A stretch of 63,835 bases of DNA, filler included, from Deltaproteobacteria bacterium (lineage in GTDB: Bacteria; JAEEML01), in NCBI GenBank assembly GCA_016283195.1. It is 6 parts of 6 records of this genome, joined end to end, with 100 filler letters (N's around TTAATTAATTAA, not from the genome) between each part and the next. Parts side by side here need not be neighbours in the genome. Positions count along the whole stretch, not along the records: positions 1 to 11,260 come from JAEEML010000127.1; positions 11,361 to 16,878 come from JAEEML010000128.1; positions 16,979 to 36,916 come from JAEEML010000129.1; 3 more parts are not named here. One strand, 5' to 3'. A program made the translations under genes and the position numbers. Shown in pieces: positions 9,747 through 19,554 of the stretch (within the stretch, counting starts at the first letter, position 1; the number at the start of each line of letters is the position of its first letter). The notes below the pieces were generated by a model. The model saw nothing but the letters and a program-made list of their open reading frames with translations. It searched no databases and had not been told where the DNA came from.

Positions 9747-11260
9747 GTGAAACAGGTTCCTAAGACTTTTCTTGTTTGGACAATACTAATACTCTCCTTT
9801 TTAGGCTTTTATTCGTTTTTTCAGCAAAAAAAGCAAGGAGCAGTGCAGGAAGTACCCTTTAGTCAGTTTTTAGAGCAGATTAATGCCAATCAATTGGCCG
9901 AAGTGGAAATAAAGAATAAAAATCACTATTTCTGGCAAACCAAAGAGGGCTCTTTTGAGGCTGTCGGCTATTTTTCCGATGAAGTGGCCAAAAAACTCGA
10001 TGAAGCCAAAGTAGCTTATAAATTCACCGATGATGAAGATACCTCCTTTGTGCAGTCGATGTTCATCACCTGGCTGCCCATGGTTTTGCTGCTCGTTATT
10101 TTTATTATTTTTATCCGCCAATTTCAAAACGGCATTGGCGGAACAATGAATTTTGGCAAGAGTCGGGCGCACTTAAATGAAGGCAAGGATAAAGTTACTT
10201 TTGCCGATGTGGCCGGAGTTGAAGAGGCCAAAGAAGAGCTCGATGAAATAGTGGATTTTTTGAAAGATCCCAAAAAATTCACTAAACTCGGCGGCCGTAT
10301 TCCCAAAGGTGTGCTCCTTATGGGCCCGCCAGGAACAGGCAAAACCCTTTTAGCCAAAGCCATTGCCGGCGAGGCCGGTGTGCCCTTCTTTTCCATTTCC
10401 GGATCCGATTTTGTGGAAATGTTTGTCGGCGTGGGCGCGGCCCGCGTGCGCGACCTCTTTGAACAAGGTAAGCGTAGCGCCCCGTGTATCATCTTTATTG
10501 ATGAAATAGATGCCGTGGGTCGCCATCGCGGAGCCGGACTAGGCGGCGGGCATGATGAGCGCGAGCAAACATTAAATCAGCTTTTGGTAGAAATGGACGG
10601 CTTTGAACCCAATGACGGCGTTATTCTCATTGCCGCTACCAACCGCCCGGATGTGCTGGATCCGGCTCTCTTAAGAGCCGGCCGCTTTGACCGCCGGGTT
10701 ACCGTGCCGCGCCCCGATGTCAACGGGCGCACCGAAATTTTAAAAGTTCACACCCGCAAAGTGCCGGTGGATGATGATGTAGAACTCGAAGTCATTGCCC
10801 GCGGTACACCAGGCTTTTCCGGTGCTGATTTGGAAAGCCTGGTCAATGAAGCGGCGCTACTTGGCGCCCGCTATGACCACCAAAAAGTCACAATGACCGA
10901 CTTTGAAGAGGCCAAAGACAAAGTGCTCATGGGCTCGGAAAGAAAGAGCATGATTATCTCCGAAAAAGAGAAAATCAATACTGCTTATCACGAATCCGGC
11001 CATGCTATTGTAGCCAAACTTTTGCCCAATGCCGACCCGGTGCACAAAGTAACCATTATCCCGCGCGGGGCAGCTCTTGGCCTTACTCAGCAGCTCCCGA
11101 CAGAGGACCGCTATAGCTATTCCGGTGATTATGCCCGCGATCAGCTGGTTATTCTCCTGGGCGGCCGCGTGGCCGAAGAGCTGGTTTTAGGCGAGCAGAC
11201 TACCGGAGCCGGCAACGATCTTAAACGGGCTACCGAGCTGGCCCGCAAGATGATTTGCGA
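9747..11260 (+). CDS. ftsH: ATP-dependent zinc metalloprotease FtsH (3' truncated at contig end)
   Basis: Two TM segments, [47 protein letters not shown] zinc motif. Confidence 0.98.
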
Positions 11261-11360
11261 NNNNNNNNNNNNNNNNNNNNNNNNNNNNNNNNNNNNNNNN
11301 NNNNTTAATTAATTAANNNNNNNNNNNNNNNNNNNNNNNNNNNNNNNNNNNNNNNNNNNN
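11261..11360. other. Artificial contig spacer
   Basis: 100 nt of N with central TTAATTAATTAA (stops in all six frames). Confidence 0.98.
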
Positions 11361-11531
11361 CGCATTGGCGACGAGGGGCGAGCCGTGCGCTATTTTCGCG
11401 CTCAGGCCAGCGGCTATTTTAAAGCCTTTCGCGGGGCAGCCACTGCCCGCAAACAACTTTCAGCCGCCCAAACGGTAACAGATGTGGAAAACCTTTTACA
11501 TTTGGCTGCTGAGGCCGACGCAACCATCTAA
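11361..11531 (+). CDS. C-terminal fragment, probably a tRNA-dihydrouridine synthase (DusB-like)
   Basis: Manual translation RIGDEGRAVRYFRAQASGYFKAFRGAATARKQLSAAQTVTDVENLL resembles the DusB C-terminal helical domain. Confidence 0.55.
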   Translation, partial: RIGDEGRAVRYFRAQASGYFKAFRGAATARKQLSAAQTVTDVENLLHLAAEADATI

Positions 11532-11560
11532 AGCACATTCAAACAACAGCTATTTGTTCA

Positions 11561-11640
11561 TACCCGCAAAAATAGGGCTACTAGTTCTCCCGCTCCTGTG
11601 TTACTAATAGCGGGAGCGCGAGTAGCGTTTTTGCGGAGTA
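11561..11640 (+). promoter_or_regulatory. Long imperfect hairpin overlapping the RBS of the DUF1667 gene
   Basis: Nested pairings CCGCAAAAA/TTTTTGCGG, GCTACT/AGTAGC, CTCCCGCT/AGCGGGAG; GGAG at 11635-11638. Confidence 0.55.
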
Positions 11641-11645
11641 AAGTT

Positions 11646-12005
11646 ATGCCAGAGATACAATATACCTGCATTTCCTGCCCTATGGGCTGCCCACTGACTC
11701 TAACTGTCGGAGATGACGGTGCCCTCACGGTAAGCGGCAACAGCTGCAAGCGCGGCGAAAATTACGCCAAAGAGGAATATAGCGCCCCCAAGCGGGTCAT
11801 CACCGCCACCGTAGCCTGCTCTGCGCCGGAATTTCCGCGTATTCCCGTTAAAACAGCCACCCCGCTCCCCAAACCCATGGTGGCCGATTTATTAAAAGAG
11901 CTCAAAAATGTGCACCTGAGCCTGCCGGTGGCTGTTGGCGATGTGGTGATAAAAAACTTTAACGGCAGCGGAGTTAATATAGTAGTTACTAGGAGTTGCC
12001 AATAG
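11646..12005 (+). CDS. DUF1667 family CxxC metal-binding protein
   Basis: TCISCPMGC...VSGNSCKRG...PKRVITATV...PVKT motifs; GGAG before ATG 11646. Confidence 0.85.
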   Translation: MPEIQYTCISCPMGCPLTLTVGDDGALTVSGNSCKRGENYAKEEYSAPKRVITATVACSAPEFPRIPVKTATPLPKPMVADLLKELKNVHLSLPVAVGDVVIKNFNGSGVNIVVTRSCQ

Positions 12006-14375
12006 ATGCCCGCTCATAAAACCGTCAGCGATCACCCCGATTTTAATGCTGTTTTAAAAAGTCTTTTAGAAGCTCCGGAGCTGGAAGCCCTGCATCACGA
12101 AGCAGCGAAAGAGGCCATTTTTGCCCCCATCCCCGAGGGAGTGCATCCGGAATTGGTGGCAGCATTAAAGGCGCATGGCATCAGCAAGCTCTATAGCCAC
12201 CAAGCTAAAGCTTTTGATCTGGTGCAGCAAGGCAAAGATATTGTGGTGGTAACCCCCACTGCCTCCGGCAAAACGCTCTGTTACAATTTGCCGGTAATAA
12301 ATAATCTGTATTATTCCGGCAATACCGGCCGGGCTATTTACCTCTTTCCCACCAAAGCGCTTTCCAACGACCAAATGCACGAGCTCATTGACCTGGGGAG
12401 CGGGCTTAAAAATCCGCTTAAAGTGCACACCTTTGACGGCGACACCCCGGGCGATGCGCGGCAAGCTATCCGCAAAATGGGCGATATCATCATCACCAAC
12501 CCCGATATGCTGCATCAGGGCATTTTGCCGCACCACACCAAGTGGGTAAAATTATTCACCAATTTGCGCTTTATTGTCATTGATGAGCTGCATACTTACC
12601 GTGGCGTTTTTGGCAGCCATGTCACCAATGTATTGCGCCGCCTTTTGCGCATCGCCGCTTTTTACGGCGCCAAACCGCAAATTATTTGCTGTAGCGCCAC
12701 AATTGCCAATCCAAGAGAGCTCGCGAGCCGCATGGTGGGCCGCGATGTGGCACTTATTGACGAAAGCGGCGCCCCGCGCGGCGAGCGCTACCTGGCTATT
12801 TATAATCCGCCGCTCATCAACGAAGAGCTGGGCATTCGCGCTTCTTACCTCAAGCGGGCACAGTCTATTGCTCTAAGTTTTATCTTGGCCGGCAGCCAGA
12901 CAATTCTCTTTGTAAAAAGCCGCATTGCGGTGGAGCGCCTCACCAAATTGCTCAAAGAAGCGCTCACCAAGTTGCACAAAGACAGCGAAACTATCCAGGG
13001 TTATCGCGGCGGCTACCTGCCCTCACTCCGCCGCAAAATAGAGGAAGGGCTTAGAAACGGCAGCATCAAGGGCGTTATCTCCACCAATGCTCTGGAACTG
13101 GGCATTGATATCGGCTCACTGGATGTCTGCTGCCTGGCCGGCTACCCGGGCACCATTGCCTCCACCTGGCAACAAGCTGGCCGCGTGGGGCGCCAGGGCG
13201 GCATCTCCTTTAGTGTGCTGGTTACATCGAGTAGCCCCATGGACCAATATATTGCCGGCCACCCTGATTATCTCTTTAAGGGCGCGGTGGAAACAGCACG
13301 CATCGATCCCGATAATCTCATTATTTTGCTCAGCCATTTAAAGTGTGCCGCTTTTGAATTACCCTTTGTTGAGGGTGAAAAATTTGGCGCTTTATCTACA
13401 CAAGAGACAAGCGAACTACTTGAATTTTTGCAAGAAAATGAGATGGTACACTTGAGCGGCGGGCGCTATCACTGGGTCACCGATTCTTACCCGGCCAACG
13501 AAATCGGCCTGCGTTCCATCGCTGAGGGCAATTTTGCTGTCACCGACATCACCGACGGCCACGAAGTGGTAATTGGCGAAGTGGATTACTTTTCGGCGCC
13601 GGAAACCATCCATCCCAAAGCCATTTATATGGTTGAAGGCGTCTCTTATGAAGTGTGCGAGCTCGACTGGGAGGGCCGCAAAGCCTATGTTAAGCGGGCC
13701 ACAGCGGATTATTATACCGATGCCATGACTTATAGCAAAGTCACCATTCTCGATGTGGAAGAGAGCGCGCCCGCCACCCTCTATCAGTGTGAAGCCGGTG
13801 AAGTGCGCATTAATCGCGAAGTGGTGGGCTTTAAAAAAATGAAGTTCGACACCTCGGAAAATGTGGGCTACGACATGATAAAATTGCCGGAGCAGGAGAT
13901 GCATACCAGCGGCTTTTGGCTTACCTTAAATAGCCGCCTCCTGGAAGAGCGCGGCTTAAATCGCCAACAGCAAGTGGATGCTCTTTTGGGCCTAGCCCAC
14001 GCTTTGCACATTGTGGCCGCTGTGGCTCTTATGTGCGATATGCACGACCTCGGCCGCTCAGTGGGCGATAAATCGGCCCAGTGGTTTGCCAAGCCGCCAA
14101 GCGGGCCCAAAAATCTCCTACAAAATGAGGACCTTAGCCAAATAGACAACTTTGAGCCCACTATTTATCTTTACGATAATTACCCTGGCGGCGTGGGCCT
14201 GGCCCCGGCTATTTATGAACGAAAGCAGGAATTTTTGCACAAAACCATGGAACTCATCCGCGACTGCCACTGCGCCCATGGCTGCCCGGCCTGCATCGGC
14301 CCGGCTCTGGGAGTGGACGGCATTAATAAAGATTTGGTGCTGAAAGTGCTGGGGCTTTTGGGGGAGAGCCGGTAA
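12006..14375 (+). CDS. DEAD/DEAH-box helicase with DUF1998 domain (MrfA/YprA/Hrq1-like)
   Basis: TPTASGKT, PTKALSNDQ, DELH, SAT, ALELGIDIG, QQAGRVGR, YDNYPGGVG, CHCAHGCPAC. Confidence 0.93.
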   Translation: MPAHKTVSDHPDFNAVLKSLLEAPELEALHHEAAKEAIFAPIPEGVHPELVAALKAHGISKLYSHQAKAFDLVQQGKDIVVVTPTASGKTLCYNLPVINNLYYSGNTGRAIYLFPTKALSNDQMHELIDLGSGLKNPLKVHTFDGDTPGDARQAIRKMGDIIITNPDMLHQGILPHHTKWVKLFTNLRFIVIDELHTYRGVFGSHVTNVLRRLLRIAAFYGAKPQIICCSATIANPRELASRMVGRDVALIDESGAPRGERYLAIYNPPLINEELGIRASYLKRAQSIALSFILAGSQTILFVKSRIAVERLTKLLKEALTKLHKDSETIQGYRGGYLPSLRRKIEEGLRNGSIKGVISTNALELGIDIGSLDVCCLAGYPGTIASTWQQAGRVGRQGGISFSVLVTSSSPMDQYIAGHPDYLFKGAVETARIDPDNLIILLSHLKCAAFELPFVEGEKFGALSTQETSELLEFLQENEMVHLSGGRYHWVTDSYPANEIGLRSIAEGNFAVTDITDGHEVVIGEVDYFSAPETIHPKAIYMVEGVSYEVCELDWEGRKAYVKRATADYYTDAMTYSKVTILDVEESAPATLYQCEAGEVRINREVVGFKKMKFDTSENVGYDMIKLPEQEMHTSGFWLTLNSRLLEERGLNRQQQVDALLGLAHALHIVAAVALMCDMHDLGRSVGDKSAQWFAKPPSGPKNLLQNEDLSQIDNFEPTIYLYDNYPGGVGLAPAIYERKQEFLHKTMELIRDCHCAHGCPACIGPALGVDGINKDLVLKVLGLLGESR

Positions 14376-14391
14376 TTCGCCCTATTTTCCC

Positions 14392-14419
14392 TTGACCACA
14401 ATTTTGTGCCATCTATCAT
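14392..14419 (+). promoter_or_regulatory. Candidate sigma-70 promoter of the EGF-FISUMP gene
   Basis: TTGACC-16nt-TATCAT upstream of 14451. Confidence 0.4.
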
Positions 14420-14450
14420 TCCGTCTGTTTTTATTGGCCTTTAGAGATAT

Positions 14451-15659
14451 ATGAGGCTTATTATGAGTAATTTAGTAAAAATTTGTTTTGCTATGTCGGC
14501 CTTTGCTTTAATCTCTTGCGGTACCGAACAACCCACCGGTGAAGCGCAGGGGCAAAAAACCAGCAATAACAACCAACCACAACCCAAAACAACCTGCAAG
14601 CCCGGTTTTTATGGCCAGGATTGTAAGGCCTGCACCTGTCAAAACGGCACCTGTGATGATGGCATATCCGGCGATGGCAGCTGTTCTTGTGATGAAGATT
14701 GGATCGGCCAAAATTGTGACACAAAAATACTGTGCCGTCATGGTACTCTTGACCCGCAAACCGGGAATTGCCTGCCTGGGAGCTGTGAGGAGAAATACAA
14801 CGGTGAAAACTGTAATGAATGTAAAGACCAGCTCAAAACCGGGGAAAATTGCGATAAATGTCTAAATTCCCGTATGACCGGCGAGCGCTGTGACATAGAA
14901 ATTCTTTGTAAAAATGGTACTCTCGATACCCAAACCGGCCACTGTTTAAGCGATTCTTGTGATTCCAAATTCATCGGAACCGATTGTGACATAGAAATTC
15001 TTTGTAAAAATGGCACTCTCGATACCCAAACCGGCCATTGCCTAAATGGTAGCTGCGATAGCCTCTTCACCGGTGATGACTGTAATGAATGCGTATATGC
15101 ACCAATGACTGGACCAAAGTGTGACCAGTGCAAAAACAATAAGCTTGGCCCAAAATGCGATATAGATACAGTAAATATAAATGGCCAAACCTGGGCAGCT
15201 AAAAATATGTATGGCACTGTCAGCAATGATGGCAGCAATGTTACTTGCTATGCCAATACCAAGGAAGATAGTAATTTTGAAGCTAACTATGGTTGCCTAT
15301 ATATTTGGGAAGATGCCCAAAAAATGTGTCCAACCGGTTGGCATTTGCCTACAGAGACAGAGCTTAATAAACTGCTTACTTATGCGGGCGGAGCCCGCCC
15401 CACCGGGTCTCAAAATTTACGGGCCACCAGCTGGGAGAGCGGTGCCGATAAATATGGCTTTGGGGCCCTGCCCGCCGGCAAATACTACGGCAACGACAAC
15501 AGCTCCTTCTACGATGCGTTCGGGTCGTATGCCAATTTCTGGTCGCAGAGCGAGGACGATAGCGACAATGCGTTCCGTTTGTCCCTGAGTACCAGCTATG
15601 CGAGCGTGAATACCGCCGCTAAGAGGTACGGCTACTCGGTTCGCTGCATTAAAGACTAA
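14451..15659 (+). CDS. Lipoprotein with EGF-like Cys-rich repeats and a C-terminal FISUMP (Fib_succ_major) domain; candidate DGR target
   Basis: Lipobox-like ALISC; C-x-C...G-x-x-C repeats; INGQTWAAKNM, YGCLYIW, CPTGWHLPT, GFGALPAG, FWS, YSVRCIKD. Confidence 0.9.
   Translation: MRLIMSNLVKICFAMSAFALISCGTEQPTGEAQGQKTSNNNQPQPKTTCKPGFYGQDCKACTCQNGTCDDGISGDGSCSCDEDWIGQNCDTKILCRHGTLDPQTGNCLPGSCEEKYNGENCNECKDQLKTGENCDKCLNSRMTGERCDIEILCKNGTLDTQTGHCLSDSCDSKFIGTDCDIEILCKNGTLDTQTGHCLNGSCDSLFTGDDCNECVYAPMTGPKCDQCKNNKLGPKCDIDTVNINGQTWAAKNMYGTVSNDGSNVTCYANTKEDSNFEANYGCLYIWEDAQKMCPTGWHLPTETELNKLLTYAGGARPTGSQNLRATSWESGADKYGFGALPAGKYYGNDNSSFYDAFGSYANFWSQSEDDSDNAFRLSLSTSYASVNTAAKRYGYSVRCIKD
14889..15045 (+). 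repeat. Intragenic tandem repeat (96-bp period) encoding CDIEILCKNGTLDTQTGHCL
   Basis: Near-identical copies start at 14889 and 14985; a diverged third copy lies near 14715. Confidence 0.9.
15465..15659 (+). other. Putative DGR variable region
   Basis: After PAG-AAA none of the next 51 codons ends in A; variable-loop codons are NNC/NNT around fixed scaffold codons. Confidence 0.6.
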
Positions 15660-15710
15660 CCGTCCTCATTTGACCTCACCATGTTCATAAAAGAAATTAC
15701 ACCCAATCGT

Positions 15711-15731
15711 CCCTCCCCACAGTGGGGAGGG
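15711..15731. repeat. GC-rich palindrome (REP-like or terminator)
   Basis: CCCTCCCCA-CAG-TGGGGAGGG between convergent genes. Confidence 0.6.
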
Positions 15732-15918
15732 GCAAATTTACATGAATTTACAAATATTTTGTGGGGTGAGGTCTGGGTGGCGGCCAAGGCGGCTAGCCCC
15801 GGCTAAGCCAGCGCAAACAAAAGTAGCGGGGTTTCTCCACTAACAGAAAGAAGCAGCATAAAATCAAAGAGTATTATCTCAATAAACTGGCCTTGCAGTT
15901 AAGAAAAGATAGGGCCGC

Positions 15919-16467
15919 TTAAATAGTCAGCAAATTAAGCGCCCACTTGGCGAGTTCGCGCAAAGAGGCTTCATCGTTATCATCGACAGTTATAGTCCAG
16001 TGCCCCTCTTTGGCCAGTTCTTGCAACTTTTCCACCACATCCGGGGCCTGCGGAGCATCAAAAAACTCCTCCTCGCACCCGGCAGCAATCAGCATATCGC
16101 GCATATCACAGGCCAGAGCCGGCTTATATTTATCCTGGCTATCAACCAGGCGGCGAATATCGTCTTCATAGCTATCAATACCGAGGCGCAAAACTGCGAG
16201 TACTGCCCGCGCTTTTTCGGTGGGTGAATCGCTATCAAAGGCATCACTTATGGCAGCGCGCAGCTCATCTTCTTCCAAATGAAGAGCATCAAATGAACAG
16301 TTGACGGCATCCATAACAAAAATGGCCATATCGTCGATATCGGAATCTTTAAAATCATCAACAAATTGCAAAATGGCCATACCACATTCCGGCGGAAGGA
16401 GCGAAATTTCTTTAATTCCCAACATATTGTTACTCTCTTGCAGCTTTTGCCTAAGCGTCATTGCCAC
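15919..16467 (-). CDS. Hypothetical acidic helical protein
   Basis: 182-aa ORF filling the space, no recognised motif. Confidence 0.65.
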   Translation of the reverse strand: MAMTLRQKLQESNNMLGIKEISLLPPECGMAILQFVDDFKDSDIDDMAIFVMDAVNCSFDALHLEEDELRAAISDAFDSDSPTEKARAVLAVLRLGIDSYEDDIRRLVDSQDKYKPALACDMRDMLIAAGCEEEFFDAPQAPDVVEKLQELAKEGHWTITVDDNDEASLRELAKWALNLLTI

Positions 16468-16653
16468 GGCGAAAATCTTCTATCATCTTTATATAACTTG
16501 GTAAAGCCCAAGTAACATTTATATTTTATCACAAAAGTTTTCCAATCAGGCTCAACTTGGGTATTTACTTTTTAACATTTTGTTACAAATAATGTTAATC
16601 GGTGCTCATTCCTATGGCTCAATTCTGAGCCATACATTTTGGGGGAGTAAACA

Positions 16654-16878
16654 ATGCAACACAAAATATGTAAGTATTTTTGGGTAGGCTACGGGCTGGC
16701 ATTTTTATTAACCATTACGGCCTGTAAAAACGATCCCACCGCCGGTAAGACACCGGAAAAAGAGGGAGATGCCTGCTCGCAGGACAACAATTGCCCTACT
16801 CCGCTCATCTGCATAGAAAGTATTTGCCGCAAAGTTTGCGTTGCCGATAAAGACTGCGACAAAACCCAAGCTTGCAAA
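16654..16878 (+). CDS. Cys-rich lipoprotein (3' truncated at contig end)
   Basis: GGGGAG RBS; lipobox ITAC; CSQDNNCPTPLICIESICRKVCVADKDC. Confidence 0.75.
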
Positions 16879-16978
16879 NNNNNNNNNNNNNNNNNNNNNN
16901 NNNNNNNNNNNNNNNNNNNNNNTTAATTAATTAANNNNNNNNNNNNNNNNNNNNNNNNNNNNNNNNNNNNNNNNNNNN
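16879..16978. other. Artificial contig spacer
   Basis: 100-nt N-run with TTAATTAATTAA. Confidence 0.98.
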
Positions 16979-18877
16979 CAAAGCCGAACTGCGCCCCTCT
17001 TGGCTAAGGTTGTAATAAACGCGGTTAAAAGTTTGATAAACAGCGCTGTCGGTATTGATGGAAACCCATTCCAAAGTATAGGCTAAATTGATGCGCCAAT
17101 AGTCATTAAGCCAATAGCCGAAGCCGGGGGAAATACCGGTGGATTCACGCTGAAAATAGTTGTAATATTCTTGAGTTGCATAGGCTTTGCCGGTCATTGA
17201 CCACATGGAATCCAAAAAGTACGGCTCGGAAAATTGCAAGCTAGCCAATTTGCGCCCGTAAGTGCCAAAAGAGAGCTGAGCTTGCAAAGAGAGATATTGG
17301 CCGCGGCCGAAGAGATTGTTTTGGGTGATTTGCCCGGTTAAGACAAAGCCTTCCAAGGTGCTGTAGCCGGCGCCGAGTTGGAAAGTGCCAGAGGGCTTTT
17401 CTTTAATAGTTACAATAACATCCACTACATTTGGCAGAGTTGAAGGCTGAGTGGTTATTTCCACTGTTTCAAAATAGCCAAGTTGATAAATGCGCGCTTT
17501 GGAGCGGTTTATGCCGGTGGCACTATATAGCTCGCCTTCGACAATGCGCATTTCGCGGCGGATGACTTTGTCACGCGTTACTGTGTTGCCAACAATATCG
17601 ATGCGCCCAAAATAGACGAGTGGCCCTTTTTCGATGGAAGTGTTGATGTCAACAGTTAAGTCTTCATGCGGGGTGCTCTCCGGCACGATGTTGGCATAGG
17701 CATAACCCTCGTCCTGATAGAGGGTGGTGATGCGCTGGATATTGTCAAAGAGCTTGCTGCGGTTAAATATTTCACCCTTTTTGACGGTGAGCATATTTTG
17801 CAAAATTTCCGGGCTGCTAACTACTTTGCCATCTTTATTTAGGAGATCCATCTCGCCGGAAAAAGTGAGCTCGCCCAGTGAGTACTGCGGCCCCTCTTCA
17901 ATGGCAATGCTGATGTAAAGCCTTGAAAAATCATTGGAAATAGTGACTTCCGGCGGGCTGATTTTTACCTGGATATAGCCGTGGTCGTAATAGAGCGCTT
18001 GCAGGCGGAGAATATCCATTTGCAAGTTTTCGTCTTTAAAAGTGCTGGTGCCCATGATGGCGCTTATTATATTGCTCTCGCGCGTTTGCATGGCTTTTTT
18101 GAGCTGTTTATCGGAGAGAGCTTCGTTGCCGATAAAAGTAATGGAGTGGATTTTAACTTCCTTGCGTTCTTCAATGTTAAAGACAATATCCACCATGGAG
18201 CCGTCGTCCGTGGGGGTAACCACACTGTTTACTTGCACCAGGTAATAGCCTTTTTCTACATAGGCAGCTTTGATTTTTTCTTCGTTGCGGCGCAGATCGG
18301 CGCGGTTTAAAACCGTAGCAATTTTGAGATCTATTTCTTCGTCTAAGTCGTCTTTATCTAATTTTTGGTTGCCCTCATAAGTGATGGTGCGGATAGTTGG
18401 GTGTTCAACTAGATAATAATAAAGGATAATTTCATCGCCGGAGAATGATATAAAAGCCGATACTTCTTTGAAAAAGCCCATGCGGTAAATAGTGCGGATA
18501 TCTTCGGAAACAGCCTCCGGGGAGAAAAAGTCGTTGGGTCTGACGCCTATTTTTACCAGCACGCTATCTATAGTGAGATAGCGCAGACCGCGGATTTTTA
18601 TCTCGGCAATGCGCTTTTGAGTTATCTTGGCTATAATGTCGGAATCATCAATAAAATCAACAGGCATTAGCCCTTTGGTGTCGGGCATTATGTCTTCGGC
18701 TGAGAGATCTCTCAAGGCAGCCCTGGTGGGCAAAGGAGACTCTTCCTCGCCTTCAAAGAGGTCGCCGCCATTTTCCCAATTGGCGCCATCCCCATACTGG
18801 GCTATTGCAACGCTTTGCCAGGTTGTAAATGTGGCAACCAAGCAAAATAAAAGAAGTTTTATATCATTCACGAGCAA
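16979..18877 (-). CDS. bamA: Outer membrane protein assembly factor BamA (3' truncated)
   Basis: Five POTRA repeats (e.g. GNTVTRDKVIRREMR), start of barrel GTFQLGAGYS, NNLFGRGQ, FSEPY. Confidence 0.96.
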
Positions 18878-19554
18878 AGCTCCACAAATTTTCCGTTTTC
18901 CAGCAAAAGCTGCCTTGGCATTGAAGCTGCCAAGGCGCGATTGTGGGTGACTAATATCAAAGTAATGTGATGACGTCTATTAAGATCGAACAATAAATCG
19001 TGAATTCCTTGTGCCGTTTTGTCATCTAAGTTGCCGGTGACTTCATCAGCCAGGAGCAGTGGCGGTTTCATTACCAGGGCGCGAGCCAAAGAAACGCGCT
19101 GTTGTTCGCCGCCGGAGAGCTCGCCCGGGCGGTGATCCAGACGGTGGCTCATATTTACTTCTTCCAAAACTTCGGCGGCCAGTTTTCTTGCTTCGGCCGG
19201 AGATTTGCGGGCGATGAGTGCCGGTAGCATGACATTTTCTATAGCGGTAAATTCCGGCAACAGATGGTGAAACTGAAAGACAAAGCCAATGTTTTTATTG
19301 CGTATTTCTGCAAGTTCTGCGCCGCTTAGATTAGTTAATTCATGGCCGGCTACGGTGATTGAGCCACTGTCCGGAGTGTCCAGAGTGCCCACCATGTGCA
19401 AAAATGTGCTCTTGCCGGCTCCGGAAGAGCCGATGATGGAGACCATCTCGCCGGCCGGGATTTCTAAATCAATGCCCTTTAAAACCTCTATTTCACGTTC
19501 TTCGAGGTAATATTTTTTATAAAGGTTTTTTATGGAAATCATAGGGTTATCCAT
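18868..19554 (-). CDS. lolD: Lipoprotein-releasing ABC transporter ATP-binding protein
   Basis: [35 protein letters not shown]; lies between lolE and bamA. Confidence 0.92.
   Translation of the reverse strand: MDNPMISIKNLYKKYYLEEREIEVLKGIDLEIPAGEMVSIIGSSGAGKSTFLHMVGTLDTPDSGSITVAGHELTNLSGAELAEIRNKNIGFVFQFHHLLPEFTAIENVMLPALIARKSPAEARKLAAEVLEEVNMSHRLDHRPGELSGGEQQRVSLARALVMKPPLLLADEVTGNLDDKTAQGIHDLLFDLNRRHHITLILVTHNRALAASMPRQLLLENGKFVELCS

Noticed and set aside
12006-14375. DUF1998 helicase as part of a DISARM/Druantia-type defence system
   Set aside because: It is a full-length MrfA/YprA-type helicase with no methylase, DrmA or phospholipase D neighbours; DNA repair is the simpler reading.
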